Shown here one piece after another: positions 1 through 7,890 of a stretch of DNA of 28,084 bases. Under the pieces are notes generated by a model. That model saw only the letters and a list, made by a program, of their open reading frames with translations, was not told where the DNA came from and made no database searches. The position numbers were made by a program, and so were the translations under genes. The stretch covers positions 1 through 28,084 of the IMG/VR virus record IMGVR_UViG_3300025097_000039. One strand, written 5' to 3'. How positions within the stretch are numbered: the stretch's first letter is position 1; each line of letters opens with the position of its first letter. The DNA comes from a virus. Lineage: Duplodnaviria > Caudoviricetes.

Positions 1-12
1 TTTATATGCCAT
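1..12 (-). CDS. 5' end of a divergent gene, probably head completion protein gp4 (runs off the window)
   Basis: Reverse complement of 1-12 is ATG GCA TAT AAA (MAYK), the typical start of T4-like gp4 (MAYKGK...). gp4 usually lies head-to-head with the gp48/gp53 cluster. Only 4 codons are visible. Confidence 0.5.
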
Positions 13-13
13 A

Positions 14-33
14 TAGAAATATATATATGGGAG
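14..33. promoter_or_regulatory. Candidate divergent T4-type late promoter(s) plus RBS
   Basis: TAGAAATA (14-21) and palindromic TATATATA (20-27) are each one mismatch from TATAAATA. GGAG at 30-33 precedes the ATG at 43. Confidence 0.4.
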
Positions 34-42
34 ATTTAATAT

Positions 43-840
43 ATGACCAAATATCAGTACCCAATATCTTATACTAAAGATGAAGTCCCAAGGTGGGTGA
101 ATCTTAAAAACCGTGCATATGCAGGAGTCGCAACACTGCGGGGAAAGGACGATGGCATTGGTCCGGTTAATGAAGAGTTGGAGATAAACATAAATCTCCC
201 CAAAGAATTTACCTTTAACGATAGATCGCAATATCAATATGGGTATACCCAGTTAATGAATCCGTTACGGAATCTTATGGGGAATGTAGTCGAATCGAGT
301 GATTGGCTTGACGGCCTTGTAACGATATTAAAAAGATCGGCGAGTGCTGCGGTTGGTTGGGTGGATGTGCAGGCCGGGGATAGTGTTTTTCAGGGCGCTG
401 ATATTAGAAAATTTCATTTTAATTTTGATATGGTCCCTAAAACTATTAAAGAAGCCGAATCTATAAGTAAAATGTGTCATTCACTTCGAAAACAGGTGTA
501 TCCAACTGGTACAGTTGGTTCCGACCTTTTTGGTGCCATTCATCCCAGTCTATGGGATATTGAAATTGTAAAAAGTCCCGGCGGAGAAAAAGATCCCGAA
601 TGGGATTTAAATTTTCAACTTGCCGTTTTGGCTGAATGTATTATTGATAAAATGCCGGAAGGACCACGGGCAATAAGTAATCAAGATGCTTCTAAATTCA
701 GTCCGTCTGCTACAAAATTAACATTAGTATTTTTTGAATTAGAGCCCAATTACTTCGACGAGGACACTAAAGAGGCTGTAGCAAGATCAAAATTGGGTGT
801 GTTTGCACAATTATTTGATAAAGCAGCAAAGGTGGGATAA
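43..840 (+). CDS. gp48: Baseplate tail-tube cap protein, T4 gp48-like
   Basis: Motifs VFQGADIRKFHFNFDMVPKTIKEAESI, HPSLWDIEI and TKLTLVFFELE match the gp48/gp54 tube-fold family as I recall it. It lies directly upstream of gp53. Confidence 0.8.
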   Translation: MTKYQYPISYTKDEVPRWVNLKNRAYAGVATLRGKDDGIGPVNEELEININLPKEFTFNDRSQYQYGYTQLMNPLRNLMGNVVESSDWLDGLVTILKRSASAAVGWVDVQAGDSVFQGADIRKFHFNFDMVPKTIKEAESISKMCHSLRKQVYPTGTVGSDLFGAIHPSLWDIEIVKSPGGEKDPEWDLNFQLAVLAECIIDKMPEGPRAISNQDASKFSPSATKLTLVFFELEPNYFDEDTKEAVARSKLGVFAQLFDKAAKVG

Positions 841-854
841 AGCAGCAAAGGTGG
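817..854 (+). repeat. Exact 19-bp tandem duplication GATAAAGCAGCAAAGGTGG x2
   Basis: Copies at 817-835 and 836-854, read directly. The second copy supplies the gp48 stop codon (TAA 838-840). Confidence 0.95.
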
Positions 855-867
855 ATGGCCATCCACC
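850..867. repeat. Perfect 18-bp palindrome GGTGGATGGCCATCCACC (hairpin)
   Basis: The sequence equals its own reverse complement and is GC-rich in an AT-rich context, between gp48 and gp53. There is no U-tract on the + strand. Confidence 0.9.
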
Positions 868-886
868 CCCATGAATAGGAATTAAA

Positions 887-1843
887 ATGTTTTTAGAATT
901 GTTTCCAAAAATTTTCAATTATGATTTAACCGGAACCACGGGTGGTATGTTGGTAGATCTTGGTAATGTGTTTCAACGAGTTCGTTTCTCGAAAACGACC
1001 CTCTCAAATCACAGAATATATATCGATTATACAATAAAAGACGGAGAATCTCCCGAGGATGTGGCTATAGATTTTTATGGAAGTTCTCGATGGTTCTGGT
1101 TAGTTTTAATGTCTAATGACATTATTGACCCACTAGAAGAATGGCCAAAAAGTTCTTCCCAACTTCAAAGACAACTAAATAGTGTTCTTTATTTTGGAGG
1201 GAAATCATATTTTATAAATGACATTAAAGATTTTAAAGTAAATGATGTTATCGCCCAATCTGAGGGATGTACAATGGGCGAACCAGGATGCCCAGACGGA
1301 GTAACATCAAGCATGGAAAACTATGCAATAGTTGATGACTGGGATTCTAATTTTTTTAGAATAGATTCTTCCAGAATCGTTGGCTCTTTAAACGAAGACG
1401 ATTATATTACAATATTCCGAGAAAATGATTCGGGAAAAATAGATATGATTTCTGGTAGTACTGCATGTACAAGTAACATATTTCAATCCCAAATAAAAAA
1501 ATCAATTGATACAAAAGAATCTATATCGGCCTTTTATCAAGATGGATTTATCGTAAATCCATATGGAAGCACAGGGAACATAAATGATATCAATTACCCA
1601 AATGGAGACACTGGAGGATTGTGCGATTCTTCTGATTCTGTTTTATATCATTATATAAATGGATTGGATTATTCTCCAGTGGATTCTGAAACAATTGAAA
1701 ATAAATTGTTAGCAGAAAACGACTCGAAAAGGCAAATAAAATTAATTCATCCCCACTTTAAAGAAAAAATATTCAAAGAAATAAAAAATTTAATACAAAC
1801 ACCTGGTCAGAGAGGAAAAACTGTTTTTGTTGAAATAGGATAA
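887..1843 (+). CDS. gp53: Baseplate wedge subunit gp53 (LysM-like fold)
   Basis: YTIKDGESPEDVAIDFYGSSRWFWLVLMSNDIIDPLEEWP and C-terminal ENDSKRQIKLIHP are gp53 hallmarks. Confidence 0.9.
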   Translation: MFLELFPKIFNYDLTGTTGGMLVDLGNVFQRVRFSKTTLSNHRIYIDYTIKDGESPEDVAIDFYGSSRWFWLVLMSNDIIDPLEEWPKSSSQLQRQLNSVLYFGGKSYFINDIKDFKVNDVIAQSEGCTMGEPGCPDGVTSSMENYAIVDDWDSNFFRIDSSRIVGSLNEDDYITIFRENDSGKIDMISGSTACTSNIFQSQIKKSIDTKESISAFYQDGFIVNPYGSTGNINDINYPNGDTGGLCDSSDSVLYHYINGLDYSPVDSETIENKLLAENDSKRQIKLIHPHFKEKIFKEIKNLIQTPGQRGKTVFVEIG

Positions 1844-1850
1844 TTTTATT

Positions 1851-3803
1851 ATGGCAAATGAATATACAAGAGATGGCGATATTACAATAAATGAAATTAT
1901 TATTTCAAAATATGACTATGATTCCAAATCCATTAAAAACTCATTATCGATAGTCCCATCCGAAACTCAAAATATATTAGCAGCATTGGTTTTAGAAGAA
2001 AGTCTTTTTTCTCCTTTTGTTCGTGGTTCTTTAATAATAAAAGAAACTGGATTAATTTTTGATGAATTCAATTTTACCGGTGAAGAAGTTATTTCTATTA
2101 AAGTAGAAACTCCATCTGTGGAGAATTCTACCATTGAACTTGTGTTGTGCGCATATTCTGCCCAAACAATAGGAGATATAAATTCTATTCATGAGAAAAT
2201 TAAATTTCCAACAACCACTACTGGAATTTTTATATTAATCGAATTTGTTTCTTGTGAATATAATATATTAAGCAATTCGGAGATTGAACTAACTGATGTA
2301 GAATTTATAGGGAAAATATCTTCCGATAAAGAATCGGGATTAGTACAAACCATTCAAAGAAAATATTTTTCCGACGAAGAATTTGATGCAGAAAATACTG
2401 AAAATGCTGTTTGGTTTAAGAAAAATACAAAATCATATCCTTGGGGCAAACCAGAAGAGTATGATCAAACAGTTATTCAAACTTTAATTAATCTTTCTGA
2501 AAATTCTGTTCCCGAAGACAATTCATATGCTCCTAATTATTTATTTTGGAGGGACTTGAAACAATGGAGATTTAGATCTATTGAGAGTTTGTTGGGGGAA
2601 GATACCGTTAAAACATACAACACAATCGGGTCGAAGGAGGGTATATTAGAATATACAACCAAGATAATATCGTTTGTTGCCGAGGAAGATAATAACACAT
2701 TAAAATTGTTTGACATTGGTGCTTTTAATTCACATTATGATTATATAAAACCGAATTACGCAAATCCTTATCTTGATTATATTGATGTTCAAGATTCTAT
2801 CCTTCAAGAAAGAATAGAATTTAACTATTCGGATGAATTTGGAAAGTGGAAAACAGTAGAAGAAAATCCCCTGGTACAAGACGAATATACTAAAACTTAC
2901 AACAAGAAAATTAAACTGGGGGATAACATCTATGGTTATTTCTCTCCCAAATTTAACAGATTGTACCCAGTGCCAACCGACCGTTACGAAGATAAATCTG
3001 GCGAGGCAGAAGAAAAACAATGGCAATGTATATTTGACCAAACCGACTTAGACTATGAAAAATTAAAAACAATAAGAAATGATATTAAAGGTCCGGTTGA
3101 AGAATTAAAAGAAGAATATAGAAAAAAAATAAATCTAAAAACAAAATGGGACATTTATGAAAACCGAATCTGCTGTGCGAAAAAACCCATAATAAAAGAT
3201 CACTTCTTGGCCGTTATCGAGGAATCGAAATTTATTCCTGTCGAAGAATTAAACGAAACTCGCGGGGGAATTTATGAATATAAGTGGAGAGAAGTTGAAA
3301 TTTGGCCTAAAAGTTTTGTTGAGGGATATGAGGATGATATCGAAACTTTCAGTTCTGATAATTCGCCATTGGTGGTTGTTAGTGTTCCCGAGGGACTGTC
3401 CGGATCGTATCAGGAAGAGGGGGACATAGAATGGTCAAGACCTGCCTATAACATTAACGAATTAATGAACACCAGACCAGAGGGAGCAACTGCTGATGAT
3501 ATATTTGTTGGACCTGGGGTTAATGTTGCGAGTGAGAAACTAAACCAATATCCCAAAGGACATCAAATGATGCCTATTGGTGGTTATTTTAAAGTCGAAG
3601 ACAATCCATGTGATATAGATCACGAAAACATAGAAGTTAATTTTCATGGGCATGTCGTACAGATGTATAGAATGCCAAGTTATATTTTAAATTCCATCCA
3701 TCCGCAAAAAGAAGACGAAGACTCTCCTGATCCGTTAATTCCAAAGGATATATATTTCTTTGATGTGGTGAACGCTCATGATGGATTATGCAGGTGTAAA
3801 TAA
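1851..3803 (+). CDS. Baseplate hub (gp27-like) N-terminal part, followed by a helical stalk and an extra C-terminal domain ending NAHDGLCRCK
   Basis: LEESLFSPFVRGSLIIKET...FTGEEVISI, IEFVSCE and YLFWRDLKQWRFRSIESLL match the hub-like protein that follows gp53 in marine T4-like phages. The expected C-terminal G-x-[YW]-L-I-x-x-I-x-H motif is absent from this ORF. Confidence 0.65.
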   Translation: MANEYTRDGDITINEIIISKYDYDSKSIKNSLSIVPSETQNILAALVLEESLFSPFVRGSLIIKETGLIFDEFNFTGEEVISIKVETPSVENSTIELVLCAYSAQTIGDINSIHEKIKFPTTTTGIFILIEFVSCEYNILSNSEIELTDVEFIGKISSDKESGLVQTIQRKYFSDEEFDAENTENAVWFKKNTKSYPWGKPEEYDQTVIQTLINLSENSVPEDNSYAPNYLFWRDLKQWRFRSIESLLGEDTVKTYNTIGSKEGILEYTTKIISFVAEEDNNTLKLFDIGAFNSHYDYIKPNYANPYLDYIDVQDSILQERIEFNYSDEFGKWKTVEENPLVQDEYTKTYNKKIKLGDNIYGYFSPKFNRLYPVPTDRYEDKSGEAEEKQWQCIFDQTDLDYEKLKTIRNDIKGPVEELKEEYRKKINLKTKWDIYENRICCAKKPIIKDHFLAVIEESKFIPVEELNETRGGIYEYKWREVEIWPKSFVEGYEDDIETFSSDNSPLVVVSVPEGLSGSYQEEGDIEWSRPAYNINELMNTRPEGATADDIFVGPGVNVASEKLNQYPKGHQMMPIGGYFKVEDNPCDIDHENIEVNFHGHVVQMYRMPSYILNSIHPQKEDEDSPDPLIPKDIYFFDVVNAHDGLCRCK

Positions 3804-6589
3804 TGACTTCATATAATGGTTGTTGCTGTGATTGCTACAAAGAACCCTCGGCTTATATTACCTTTAATGTGCCGACAAAGATGTCAAACCCGTCAATTTA
3901 TGAATATGGTCCCGGACTTCATCTTTTAAATGAGTACCATTTTCACCATCCCAGCAACACAACGTGTAATGATTGCCCTACTTATGAGGACATATACGTC
4001 CCACAATATAAAGAATATCTCTTTTGGATGTCAGAGCACACTCCCTGGTGTTTATTAGACGAAGACATAATACACCCAAAAGTAAAAGCAGAAACATATC
4101 AAATAGATAATCAATATGTTGATTCGGAAACAGGATTAGTTAGAATTGGATTTGAATGTGTTGTTGATTTTCAATGGAATTTATATGATATTGACGTTGC
4201 ATGCGAAAATAAAGATGAAATCCAACGTTATGATTTGAATTCTTATTGCGGTGCTCATCCAGAAAGAGGAGCACAACAATCTAATTGTGTTCGAGGTTGC
4301 GTTAGCCCCCTTAATCCAGATGCGCTATATGATACTGAAGATTGTGATTTTACAGAGCCAGGAAATGTTTGTTTAAATTACCAATGGGCATCAGATTGTG
4401 AAAGTACATGTTCTAGTTTTTTCCCAGAATTTAATGGTGGGTGTGTATACAATCCTCCGGATTGTTACGACTTACCGTTTTTAAAGTTTGATACGACCAA
4501 CCACGACATTTGTGAAGGATTACCAAACTTAAGTAAACCCGGAAAAAATATAGATTCATTAACAGAAACTGTAAATAATGTTTATGGTTCTCTCATAGAA
4601 CGATTTGGCCCTCAAATTTTAGAAGATGGAGAAATGAATCCATATCCCCAGAATATTATTTTCATTTCTGGTGTTGAAGACACTTCGAGATATCACAAAT
4701 TGTGGAGATGGGATTCTTGGAATGATCCCGGTTATACTGGACCCAAAGATTGTTATGGAAATGAATGGGAATTACATAATGTAATTCCCATGTTAGACAG
4801 TACTACTCCTTATCATGCCTTCCCTGGATATGAAGACCACTCTGATTTTAATAATGATCCAAGGGGTCTAAACCCATTCCCCGAACAAGTTTCGGCTTTA
4901 TTGGGTGAACATATATTTTACTATAAATTAAAAAACAAATTTATAGAAGAGTGGGGAGAAGAAGTTGCAAATTACAAATTTAATGCCTGTCCTATAGGTG
5001 TAAATGAGGAAAATTGCTTTGGTCATTCGTGTTTAGAATCGTATGGGGGAAAAACTGGATGCTATACAACAATATCATCTCCTGATGATCCAGTTCCACA
5101 AAATGTCAGTGTAGATAAATTCTTTAATCAATATAACCATTGGCCTCATTTTGATGCCGACAAACCCGCAGAACACCCCGGAGACCCGTGGGAAGATTAT
5201 TATTGTAGTCTGGTTGAATGTGGCGATGATCTTCTTGGTGGTGAATTTTTGAATTTTAGAACTTGTGCTCGCGGATTTCCGTGGAATGACTCAACTTTTG
5301 GTGGTTATGCTTGGTCGGCGCAATACTCACCTTCTGATGGAATACAACGTGATCCATGTCGCGTTCCAATTCCGTGGGTAAATCCACACACATGGGAATT
5401 GGAACCTGCTCCGGGAAATTACAGAGAAAATGATACTCTTGTTCGTGGTACGGCAGACAGGGATAATATCCTATTAGTAGATGTAAATGAAACAACAAAA
5501 TATATGAAAAATTTCACAGAAATTTTCAAAACAAAACACCGTAGTCCCTGCTATCACACAAATATAATAGAAGACGAAGACGTAAATATATGTCCATGTG
5601 ATGAAGAAAAATTATATCAGGCAAATTCCTTTTTTATAGAAAAAATTAGTCCTGCAACATATCCACATTGTGCTGTGTCGTGCGAAGAACTAAATATAAA
5701 TTTATTTATTGGAGGCACAGGACCAAACGATTTTAATATTCCTCCGAATTGGGAATGTGACCCATTGTATTATGGCTATAATGTGATGGATTATTGTAGT
5801 GGGATGGCAGGCGGTCCAATACCTGCAAATGAACTTGGAGATGATTTTAGGCCAGATTACACAGCATATTCTACTGGAAACACCGATGATATTAGAGGTA
5901 AGGTATCTGCTGGTATAAACGTTAATGATCACTTTGTTACCTTTCCTTTAGTTTGCGACCAAACAGGATTTCCAGAGTATAAATTACCAACTCGCTACAG
6001 AAACATATACACCCACACTGGTCGTTGCTATTGTATAGACCCCGCATGTACAGACGATGATTTTGATGATGATTTTTGTTGCAACGAACCAGATAATTGG
6101 CACTGGGATTCTGAATTCTTTTCTGAATTGATGGATAGTTGTAGATCCCCGTTTCTTGCAACACAATCCATTCTGTGGGGTTACTTTTTCTCCCTTGGTA
6201 GTACTCAATATTATAATGATCATTATCTTGAATATATTAGTTCAGCACACCATTGTATAGACCGTTTTGGAGAAGATATATCAGCAACTGATGCATTCCC
6301 TGAATATTGGTGGGAACCCGGAATGGATTTATCTTCTGGAAATTATCCACTCACACCACATGATTTTATGTCATTTGACCAATGTGGCCGATGGACCAAC
6401 GCAGGCCAACCCCCCGTCCCATTGGATGACACAAATGTTCCAAATGAAAATTGTTCAGATCTAGATTGTTGGTGGATAAGTGGTGCTGACACATATGAGG
6501 ATAAAGGAACTCTCGTTTTTGATGAGTGTGGTTGCTGCTCTTCGACTCATGAAAACACAGATCTTTCAGAAAATTGTAGTTATTTCTAA
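3803..6589 (+). CDS. 928-aa acidic, Cys/Trp/Tyr/Pro-rich hypothetical protein, probably virion-associated, with N-terminal CCCxC
   Basis: Long ORF coupled to the upstream gene by a TAATG overlap. Starts MTSYNGCCCDC and ends DECGCCS...NCSYF. No family recognised. Confidence 0.85.
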   Translation: MTSYNGCCCDCYKEPSAYITFNVPTKMSNPSIYEYGPGLHLLNEYHFHHPSNTTCNDCPTYEDIYVPQYKEYLFWMSEHTPWCLLDEDIIHPKVKAETYQIDNQYVDSETGLVRIGFECVVDFQWNLYDIDVACENKDEIQRYDLNSYCGAHPERGAQQSNCVRGCVSPLNPDALYDTEDCDFTEPGNVCLNYQWASDCESTCSSFFPEFNGGCVYNPPDCYDLPFLKFDTTNHDICEGLPNLSKPGKNIDSLTETVNNVYGSLIERFGPQILEDGEMNPYPQNIIFISGVEDTSRYHKLWRWDSWNDPGYTGPKDCYGNEWELHNVIPMLDSTTPYHAFPGYEDHSDFNNDPRGLNPFPEQVSALLGEHIFYYKLKNKFIEEWGEEVANYKFNACPIGVNEENCFGHSCLESYGGKTGCYTTISSPDDPVPQNVSVDKFFNQYNHWPHFDADKPAEHPGDPWEDYYCSLVECGDDLLGGEFLNFRTCARGFPWNDSTFGGYAWSAQYSPSDGIQRDPCRVPIPWVNPHTWELEPAPGNYRENDTLVRGTADRDNILLVDVNETTKYMKNFTEIFKTKHRSPCYHTNIIEDEDVNICPCDEEKLYQANSFFIEKISPATYPHCAVSCEELNINLFIGGTGPNDFNIPPNWECDPLYYGYNVMDYCSGMAGGPIPANELGDDFRPDYTAYSTGNTDDIRGKVSAGINVNDHFVTFPLVCDQTGFPEYKLPTRYRNIYTHTGRCYCIDPACTDDDFDDDFCCNEPDNWHWDSEFFSELMDSCRSPFLATQSILWGYFFSLGSTQYYNDHYLEYISSAHHCIDRFGEDISATDAFPEYWWEPGMDLSSGNYPLTPHDFMSFDQCGRWTNAGQPPVPLDDTNVPNENCSDLDCWWISGADTYEDKGTLVFDECGCCSSTHENTDLSENCSYF

Positions 6590-6605
6590 ATATAGAATAA
6601 AGGAT
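6586..6605 (+). promoter_or_regulatory. Candidate late promoter (CTAAATA) overlapping a stop codon, plus AAGGA RBS
   Basis: TAAATA at 6587-6592 and AAGGA just upstream of the ATG at 6611. Confidence 0.5.
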
Positions 6606-6610
6606 TTACA

Positions 6611-7456
6611 ATGGTTCCAGACTTTTTTATACAACTTTCATCTTTTGCCAACAATACATGGCCATCAATGAGAATTGGCCATTCTACCTACGGTTATGAT
6701 GAAACTGCTAGATGTTCAAATCCAGAGGATTTTGTAGACAACAGTGAATGCTCAGAAGATGAACCATACTGCAATTGTCCGTGTCAAGATCTAATACCCA
6801 GAAAAGAAACTGTGTTTTTTGATGAATCTGATAATATAACAGACGGAAATCGGTATAAAGTTTTAAGTGAAGGCGGAGATGAAGTTAAATCATTTAACAA
6901 TCCAAATGATGCTCATGATTGGATAAAAAGTAATGGGGAAATGGATCCCAGACCCACAGACGAAGAATTAAAAGAATTAAGGGAATCGATAGACGAATGT
7001 TCTTTAATTGAAAGCAATCTGGGGTCCGAGTGGTTGGGATGTGATTGGAATAATCCGGAATCAGAGTTAAATTGTTCGTGTCCATGTATTAATTCAAAAT
7101 TTAAAGATTATTTAGAATATAATAGAACATATGCGATGTATTGGAATACCCCCAAACATACCCCGTTATATCGAAATATGTTGATGAGCACCATTATGTC
7201 CAAAAAATCTATATTAACGGCGAATGGAGATTTCTCACTACGACCTGGAAATGTTATTAAAATTGAAGATAATTTCAAATTTAAATCTTCTCTTCCTGAA
7301 AGAAAACACAACGGAAAATGGTTAATTTCAACAATAGAACATATTATCATTGGCACCACAAATCATACTATGAACATTTCTCTCCTTCGGGACACAAATC
7401 GATTTGATTCCTTAGACTCCCACTTTAAAGAAATAGATGTAGAAATTGAAAATTAA
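6611..7456 (+). CDS. Cys-rich N-terminal region fused to the C-terminal part of the gp27-like hub
   Basis: C-terminal ILTANGDFSLRPGNVIKI...HNGKWLISTIEHII...HTMNISLLRD matches the terminal motif of gp27/Mu-gp44/GpD-type hubs. The N-terminal part has CNCPC and CSCPC. Confidence 0.7.
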   Translation: MVPDFFIQLSSFANNTWPSMRIGHSTYGYDETARCSNPEDFVDNSECSEDEPYCNCPCQDLIPRKETVFFDESDNITDGNRYKVLSEGGDEVKSFNNPNDAHDWIKSNGEMDPRPTDEELKELRESIDECSLIESNLGSEWLGCDWNNPESELNCSCPCINSKFKDYLEYNRTYAMYWNTPKHTPLYRNMLMSTIMSKKSILTANGDFSLRPGNVIKIEDNFKFKSSLPERKHNGKWLISTIEHIIIGTTNHTMNISLLRDTNRFDSLDSHFKEIDVEIEN

Positions 7457-7459
7457 TCT

Positions 7460-7467
7460 TATAAATA
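7460..7467 (+). promoter_or_regulatory. T4-type late promoter TATAAATA
   Basis: Exact gp55-sigma consensus in the intergenic gap upstream of gp25. Confidence 0.8.
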
Positions 7468-7485
7468 TTCTAAAAAGGTTTTTAC

Positions 7486-7890
7486 ATGCCTGAAAAAATA
7501 AAATATTCCGATGTTGATTTTTCGTTCTCTAAAAATAGTTTTAGTGATGATGTTAACATTAAAACAAATGAAAATTCGATAAAACAATCTATTAAGAATA
7601 TCATATTAACCCATAAGCAAGAACGACCATTTAAATCTCGAATGGGGTCCAACCTCGCTGATATATTATTCGAATTATATGATCAAGGATCTCACTATTC
7701 TTTAAATAGTGAAATTAGGGACCAATTAGAGATATTTGAACCTAGAGTATTGTTACAAAAAGTTCGTATTGACGATTCACTTATCGACCAACACATTTTA
7801 AGTTTTGAAATTATTTTTAAGTATATTATAGGCAACCCAAAAGAACCAGTTCAAGATTCATTAGTCCTTTCAATAGAGAGAGTAAGATAA
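7486..7890 (+). CDS. gp25: Baseplate wedge subunit gp25
   Basis: YSDVDFSF...SIKQSIKNIILT...ERPF...GSNLADILFE...FEPRV...SIERVR; 134 aa; directly upstream of gp6. Confidence 0.95.
   Translation: MPEKIKYSDVDFSFSKNSFSDDVNIKTNENSIKQSIKNIILTHKQERPFKSRMGSNLADILFELYDQGSHYSLNSEIRDQLEIFEPRVLLQKVRIDDSLIDQHILSFEIIFKYIIGNPKEPVQDSLVLSIERVR

Noticed and set aside
850-867. Rho-independent terminator on the + strand
   Set aside because: No U-tract follows and it lies inside a co-oriented operon. Kept only as a palindrome.
5250-5460. Mildly elevated GC (about 47% over 5281-5460) in the 928-aa gene
   Set aside because: Plausibly explained by Pro/Gly/Trp/Arg content, and there are no clear boundaries.
6587-6613. 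Stop-codon readthrough or recoding fusing the 928-aa ORF to the in-frame 281-aa ORF
   Set aside because: Two different in-frame stops intervene (TAA, then TAG), the downstream gene has its own TAAATA box and RBS, and TAA, TAG and TGA all end genes elsewhere in the window.
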